A DNA stretch of 64,000 nucleotides, taken from assembly GCF_009914755.1 (NCBI RefSeq), contig NC_060928.1; one strand, written 5' to 3'. The number at the start of each line of letters is the position of its first letter. The first letter of the stretch is position 1. Both the position numbers and the translations under genes were made by a program. The stretch is from the human T2T-CHM13v2.0 reference genome, Homo sapiens. This document shows positions 55,984 to 64,000 of the stretch, piece by piece. Below the pieces are notes generated by a model. It ran no database searches, was not told the DNA's origin, and saw only the letters and a list, made by a program, of their open reading frames with translations.

Positions 55984-57458
55984 CTATGGAGAAAAGCAGA
56001 AGAAAGAGTTTAGTGTTTCATAAGAAGGCCTTTTTTCATCTTTAAGTAAAGAAGCATAATAGGGTAGACTTTTATTTTAAAATTATAATGATATATAGAA
56101 CTTTAATCATTGATCTATAAATCCATATTTTTAGGTATTTCCTTAGAAAACATTAATTTCTAAAAAGAAACAAAAATTTACAAAATAGTATTACTGAAAA
56201 AATGATATATGCCATTCATCTCCCTATTCCTGAGATTTTTTCATCAGGGGGCAGACAGATGGATGCATGCTGTACATTCTTAGCAATGAAAGTCCTCACC
56301 TGTCTTGAGGAAGTTGTTCATCAAAAGTTATTACCTGAAAGAAACTTTCAGTAAATGTAGTTTACTATTCTTGGCTATGGGCTGCCATCTGGCTTAACTT
56401 TAGGTAAAGTCATAAAAATGTATTAAGAGTAATATCTTCTCAGAGTCCAGGAATATTCATTTCCATAAAACAGACAGTGCCTGACTCATAGTAAGTCAAT
56501 CAATTAGATTATATTATCAGTAGTATAATTATTACATCAATGGTTAAAGTATACCTACTTATATATGTGTTGCACTGTTAGGTGGCATTATGATTAAAAT
56601 AAAAAGCATAAATCCGCACTTTCAGCCATCATGAAACTTACAACATCAATAAGAATATGAGTAGAAAAACCAAGTAGTGATGCAATAAGTACAGAATTAA
56701 ATAAGCGCTCCCATTAATGAGCACTAAAGAACTTCCAGGATGAGAGAGACTGGAGGTTGGAGTGGTTGGGAAGGCTTCGGTAAGAAAATGCATTTAGCTG
56801 AGTCTTCCAAGATGGGCAAAATTTGGGAGGAGAAAAGGGAGGAAAGGTGGTAGATAGTTCAGAGGACAATAACTTAAATGGTGGCATTTTTCTGTGCCTT
56901 AGTTTCCCTCTCCACTGAATGCTGAAAATCAAATCTACATTCCATAGTTGTGGTGTCAGAACACTTACCGTAAAGCCCTTTAGCACAGTGCCTAGCAAGT
57001 AGTGGGTACTCAATAAATTTTAGCTTGTATTATCTTTATTATTGGGGAGGAAGCAACCTTAACAGCTAAAAACTTTAAGGTCCTCACAAAGTCAATGGAC
57101 ACTTTTAGTCCATTACTTTAAGCCTTGATTATAAGCTGATTTATGATATATTAACTGTAAGCTCCCTGAAGGCAGAGCTTAGGCCTTTATTTCTTTGGTA
57201 TCCTGATGGTGCCTAAGCATACTGCAGAAAACATATCAGACGTTGTTTTGAAGTTTTATTCTAATTGCCTTAGGGGAGAAATCTCTACCAGTCATTGTGT
57301 AATGTACCAGCAGTACCACAATGTCACAGTGTCAATGTAAGTAATACCATTAGCTTAGAAAAAAAAAATTTGTTAAAACTGGTAGGAATATTAAAATCGG
57401 AGATGCTGATTTTAGAAGAAAAACTGTAACTTGATTAGGTAACTATAATATGAATTCA

Positions 57459-57719
<261 letters not shown>

Positions 57720-60026
57720 CTATCTCAGAAAAAAAGAATAGGCTCAATCACGTAAGACAGCTTAAGTCATTTGACAGGTTATTTTTATTCATCATACACA
57801 CTGATTTAGAAAATGTACAACAACCTAAATCTTGTAAGAAAGTGTGAATAAGTGAATTCCTGTTCTTTCTAGTTAGCATTTTTAGAATTAGAACTCTAAT
57901 TTCAAGCAACTACCTTAAAATAACCCAAGTCCTATAATATGCCACCACTATGGATTCATTTTAGTAACTTCTATGAATAATACCGATTAGAATGCTTTCA
58001 TTTTCAATGGTCAATTTTGGAGGCTTTTATTTGAACAGCCTCACATTGGTGATAATAATATTCTTAAAGTTTTGATCATGGTCATTTGTGTTAAGGGCTA
58101 TGTTAGGGGCCTCATATGGATAATTTCATTCAGTCTTCACAACTATATGAGGATTAGGTTCTATTATTATCTTGATTTTAAAGCTGAAATAAAAAGTTCA
58201 GTAAGGTTAAATAATATGTCTAGTTACTGGGTAAGAAATGACAGAGCCAGAATTTGAACCCAGGACTACGGGTCCAAATGCTATTAGCCAGGAAACACAT
58301 GGCTAGCTCAGCTATTTCATAAGCATATACTATGTTCCTAGCAATATGGCCGATAATAGATTTGACTCCAAAGAAACATAAGACCTCGCCATTTCCTTCA
58401 AATAATTTATAATCCCTAAAGTCAGATTATACAAACAAAAATGAACAATGGAAAAAGATGAAGATGTATTTGGGTTGGACATTCTACAACTCTCAGCCAA
58501 AAAAAGGAAGAAATATTGAGTCTGACACTTCATAAAAAAGAAATGTGTTATTCAAGGTCTTAAAATTGCATGTTTCGCATTACAAGCTAGTTCTATAAGG
58601 CTTTACAGAAATTTTGGAGCAATGCATATGGTCTTCCATATGCACTGGAATGCATGGAGGGACCCGAGTAAAGACTGGAGAAAACAATCAAAACAATCAA
58701 AATAAAGCAGACATCTGAAGTGAAAACAAATGAGACCTCAAAAAGGTTAATTTTAAAACTGTCACTGTGGTGATGATTTTAACACATATACTATAAGCTA
58801 GGGTAGATAACCTGTACACTTAGTAGGAATGCTCCATTCTATTTCAGCTGCAGTACTTGGCCAAAGTCAACTGTTTGGCTTCAGCCTTTTAGAAAGCCAA
58901 ATAGCTGAATAACATCGTTTCTGGCATCCCTGAACTTGTGCATGATTAATGATTGAGTGGTTGCATGGGCTACTGCCATATTCAAATCAGTAATATGAAA
59001 AAGGTGTATCACTAAGATTTATTGTTAATATCTGATTGTATCTTTTCAAATATAGGTAAGTATTCTTGATATGTTGATGGTAAAAAAAAATCTCCAATGT
59101 GTTGTATGTGTTAAAAATCTATTATCACATGAAGTATAAAGGTGTAATTTTTATTGTAAAAGTAAAATTCTGAAATACTCGATAATTATTAAATATTAAT
59201 TTTATATAAAAACAGTTATCCAGGAGCTCCAAATTGTTGAATGGGGAAATAGATACACTCACAGAGTGCATGAAGTTAGATACCTTTATAAAAAACATAA
59301 TATTGAACCACAAATATTTGTGAAATTTAAACAGTGGATATTCTATTATAATTCTAAGTGTTAAAGAATTATTTGGTTTAAGAGTTTCGTAACAGCCACC
59401 AAAATTTCCCCTAAAAGCTATATATAACATATGATTATTATGATTATTATTCAAGTTAGTCCTTGAGTAAAGAAAAAGTTCCACTTGAGAATTCTTCATA
59501 CTTTCTGGTAATAAATTTTTAATGTATGGAGCATAAACATTTAAAAGGAGCAATCTAGCATCTAAGAAATAATTGCTTCGCCTATTATAGAAATAAAACT
59601 TTAAAAATATGACCACTGATCATGAAACTGTAAAAACAATTTTTTGGAATATATTTTAGATTCAAATTGTGGTATCACGGAAGTTCATTCCAATATTGAT
59701 TTTAACATTTGGCCATTTGGCATCTGCCAAAATAGATATTTGGTGTGCTTCTAAATGTGGAATACCACTTACTATGCTTTGAAAATAGCCTAATTGTTTT
59801 TCTTTATGGGAATGTCCATAATCGAAGAAATATCCCATTAGAGTCAGGCATTTTATTTTTAAAAACGAAGATAGTATGATTCTAGACTAAAACACACAAA
59901 GTATGATTACAGACTGAAACACACAAAGAAATGAAAGTAAGTAAACTGAAATAGAGGGGCACTCTTTGGAAGGAATAGGGGAGAGATTATCCCCTCACTA
60001 CAGTGTTTATGATACTGTATTCTCAC

Positions 60027-60274
60027 CTAGACAGTCCGGAGAAATCCGCTTCTTCTTCTTCACATCTTTCATCTAGCTCTTTCAGAGCTAAGGTAACATC
60101 CTCTTCACAGACTGACTCGGGGTAACTTTCAGGAGCTAGAGGCTCTGGCATTTCAGTTTCTTCTAAATCAAGAATTCCTTGACACACAAGAGATTCCTGC
60201 TGTTCTTGAATTATATAGGATCCTTCATCTTCAAAGGTTGTAACATGTTCCTCCTTTAATACTGAAGTTGTATC
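60027..60274 (-). CDS. FRYL: FRYL coding exon (most 5' one identified in the window; acidic)
   Basis: ttttgtag|DTTSVLKEEHVTTFEDEG...EEEEADFSGLS-AG|gtgaga; 248 nt; phase joins the next exon (AG+T = Ser). Confidence 0.92.
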
Positions 60275-60392
60275 CTACAAAACAATCATAGTTTTAGTGA
60301 ACTATAAACACATAAAAAAAGAATTTTACAACACAATAAATAAGTATTGCCATCCATCTAAGTCTGTTTTATTAAGTGGTGTTCATTTATAC

Positions 60393-60670
60393 AGTCTGTC
60401 ACCCAGGCTGGAGTGGAGTGCAATGGCGTGATCTTGGCTCACTGCAATCTCCGCCTCTCAGGTTCAAGCGATTCTCCTGCCTCAGCCTCCCAAATACTTA
60501 GGACTACAGGCACATGCCACCATGCCCAGCTAATTTTTTTTTTGTATTTTTTAGTAGAGATGGGGTTTCACCATGTTAGCCAGGATGGTCTCGATCTCTT
60601 GACCTTGTGATCTGCCCGCCTTGGCCTCCCAAAGTGCTGGGATTACAGGTGTGAGACACTGCACCCGGCC
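60393..60670 (-). mobile_element. AluS, antisense, lacking its poly(A) end
   Basis: Starts at ctgtcacccaggctgg with no preceding poly(T). Confidence 0.85.
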
Positions 60671-63519
60671 ACTTTTATAGTTTTTGAATCAGTTATAAAT
60701 TATTTTTAACGGTCATAGGTTTAAAATATTTTGAAATTAAAATATATCACCTATTATCATATAGAAACATTGAGGACTTTTTTTCTCTTCAGTAACAGGA
60801 TTTAGGTGTTTACTTGGAAATATGTGCTTTGGTAAAATATCTTCTCTCATATATGTTCTAACTCTACACAAGTAAAACTTTGTATTATTAGTATAAATCG
60901 TCTCCTGTTTGAAATGTCATTGCTTTCATTACAGTGGAACACAGTATATTCCGGATATAAGTAGGAGAGATGACTCAAAATAATTAACCCACTCGTCCTG
61001 TGGGGCTGCCACACAGCAGGAGTAGGTACTGACCAATCAGAAGGATGCTGAACCTAGACAACTAGGGTGGCCTTACTACAAAATCTCATTTTGGCTTTGA
61101 GTATTGATAAAGCTTCATCACTTAGCTACAGTTCAGAAGACATTAGGACACTTTAGATAATTATACTTTTGAAAATTAAACTATCACAAGCTCATTATCA
61201 AAAAAGACTATATTCTCCTCATTTGAAGTAAACAATAATGAAAATACATGTTATAAAGCATACTAGTGGTGTGCCCTTTCTATCCACCGTAATGTTACTG
61301 AAACAATGTTGCTATGTGATAGACAAGTGGTAGAGGCTCAAGAGATATTGGTTGAATGAGCTGCTACTATCAAAAAAGGAAAACACTTTCAAAGCATATA
61401 TGATGATGGTATCAACACTAGTTTTTAGTTTATTGGTTTAATCAATTTGAAAATAAGTACTAATGGTCATAGTTCTAGGAATAAAGATCAGCTTCTTTTG
61501 AGTATTTGGACCTAAGTTACTTCTCAGCTGTAGAGTAGCTCCTTATCTGTTTTTCATGGATAAAAATAGAATTTTCCTTCCAAAATAAGAAAAGTAAGAG
61601 AAAGTCAGAGCCTATAACCCTAGACTAGCCCAGGCCTTATTCATATGTAAAACTCATCTATAAAATGAAGGATTTTGACTAGATTCTGGGCTGAGTGCTC
61701 TGGTATAAATAATTCCTAACTGCAAATAGTTTATAATCTAGTCTAACAGGGTTAGGCTAGTAAGTGAATGACAATAACATATACCAGAGTATGGTAAATG
61801 TACGGTAAATACTATCAGCAACATACAAATGGGTGCTGGTAACTCAATGATGGGAAAGCTCTCAATCTAGTTGAGGCAACTGAGGTGAGTCTCCTTGGAG
61901 GAAACAGCATGTTTTGACAAACATGAGGTAGGGATGATATTGCAGGGAAAGTGATTAGAAGATATCAAAGGCACAGAAATAACGCCATGAAAACACAAAG
62001 TGTGTAAGAGAACACTGCTCTGGATTTAGTTAAGCAGGGAAAGCAGCAAACTCTGAGTCTTTACTTCAGCATTAAATATAATATAGTAGGATTATTTCTT
62101 AATTCTTCCACCAGTTTATATTCAATATACTCTAAGGTTTCCAGATGAATTTTCTAAAAAAATATTTGGTCATTATTTGGAAAGATAATCTATGTGACAG
62201 TACTAGAGACATTTCTACACCTAGAATATTTATTGGCATGAATTTTTCCTTCTACATCAACATGAACATACTATGTTATCTCAACCCAAACTTAGTTCAA
62301 TGCCCTCACTTTTCATTAGTTCACACCTGCAGTGGATTGTCATTTTTTCTTGAATAATAATTTCAAGATGATATTTTATCTGTAGTTAGTATTATATAAC
62401 ATACAATGAAATTTTCTAGTAATGCCTACATATCACGAAGAAAGTGCTTTTGGGGCTGTTAGAATGGATTCCATTGTTTATATGTAGATTATGAGAATCA
62501 AATTTTCTTGTACTTCACCTTATTAGACAATGACACATGCACATATGCTTTGTTACAAAGATTTCTTTCCTATAAGGAATAATTTGTCATCCATGAGGTG
62601 GATTCCAAGCTATCATAAATAATAAAAGAAACCCTCTGTGAGTAAATACAAGTGAAGAACTTAATCCCCTCTTGAGATCAGAGTGTAACGTGTGTATATT
62701 ACAGAGAAGAAAGGGACACTCAGCTCTAAAGTTTGTCATGACAGAAGATGCTTTAGCCTACTCCATTTTATCTTTCCAATATTAACATGATTTAAGGGAA
62801 GAAATTCAAATAAACATTTTTAGGAGTGGATTTATTCCTTTAATTCACAAAACATTTCACCCATCAAAATTAATTATATTCTTTGTCTTAAGAAGTTGCC
62901 TTAAAAATAATTATGGTTTTATTTCAATATCTTGGTGCTTTTCTACTTTTTCTTTTGGTACAAGAGGCAATTTTGGGTCATTTGACACTATTTGGCAAAA
63001 CAGAGAAAAACAAATTAGGCCAATATATCCAACAGATATAAGGCTGTCATGTTCCCTGTGGATAGCCATTCTTTTGGTGACAGTTTTAATATCAGTAGAA
63101 CTGTTTCTAAATGAAATACCATGCTTTCAAAATATCCCTTTCATTCTCATCCACTGGTGTTACGGTGTATGGTGTGATCTATGGTGTGATCCAAACTAGG
63201 CACTGTAGTTTGGCTTAATAACTAATAAACCTCCCAACAACTGAAAGGAATATAGTCTACTTAAAACCCATCTCTAAATTCCATCAGTTCTCTCCTGTAA
63301 ACATTTCTCATGTTTGTGCCCTTAGTCAGGCCCTGCTAAATTCTTGCTAATATTCTTCCAGCTTAGCTCGTTCATCTCCTCCAATCTACCCTCAAAGCCT
63401 CTGCCTTAGAGACTTCACTACCAACAATGAGGCTGCAAACCTTCTGTGATTATCCCTAACTGCAAGCTCTATGTGTCAGGGACTAGAACCTACTTTCCAT
63501 TTTCGACAAAAAAGGCCAA

Positions 63520-64000
63520 AGTTTTAAAAAATAATCAGATCATGTTCTTCTTCAATGGTTACCTGCTGTGTGGCCTGTGACACATGTCATGACAGTGCCT
63601 TGGCCCACCCCTCTCCTTCTTGTTCACTGTGTTCCAGCCTTACTGGCCAGTTTTCTGTACTTCAGATATATCAGGGCCTTTTAAACTGCTGCTTCTTCTG
63701 CCTGGAACCTTCTCCCTCCAAATCTTCAAGGGGTGGGCTGGTTCTTGTCATTTAGGTTTCACCTTAAATGCTACCCCTAACTTTCTCCTTCACTCGAGTC
63801 CACATTACTGTTAGATTTTCTTAGTATGATGAATAAGATGAGACATATTATTTACATTTTGTTTTACCTGCTTATTATCTGTCTCTCCTACTAGAATGAA
63901 GCTCCATAAAACCAAAAGCCTTTGTCTGTGTCACAGTTGCCACAGGCCCCGTGCCTAGCCTAGTGCCTAGCACGAGGTAGCGCCTCAGTAGATACTGGTC
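63520..64000 (+). mobile_element. L2 3' fragment
   Basis: tctgtctctccctactagaatgaagctcca...gtgcctagcacgaggtagcgcctcagtaga matches a typical L2 3' end. Confidence 0.65.

Noticed and set aside
59125-59616. 163-aa minus-strand ORF in a FRYL intron
   Set aside because: AT-rich composition, no family similarity, and the flanking FRYL exons already join in frame without it.

Overview
Primate (almost certainly human, chromosome 4p11-p12 by gene order) genomic DNA. The first ~28 kb is gene-free and repeat-dense: many Alus, an ancient L1 ORF1 broken by nested insertions, MLT/MST LTRs, a 3' L1PA fragment, and MER/MADE DNA transposon relics. Three genes follow. (1) Complete SLC10A4 on + (3 coding exons, 437 aa, CpG-island promoter). 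(2) Complete oocyte gene ZAR1 on + (4 coding exons, 424 aa), whose ATG is only ~1.35 kb after the SLC10A4 stop. (3) The 3' end of FRYL on - (9 coding exons including an 18-nt microexon, plus a ~2 kb 3' UTR), convergent with ZAR1. All exon phases were checked by hand and join in frame. I see no new gene family. The best leads are splicing-level: an in-frame SLC10A4-ZAR1 read-through option, the FRYL microexon with SRRM4-type architecture, a candidate 35-nt poison/recursive exon in FRYL, and an in-frame alternative acceptor in SLC10A4. There are also two short local duplications. Repeat boundaries and subfamily names are by-eye and approximate.
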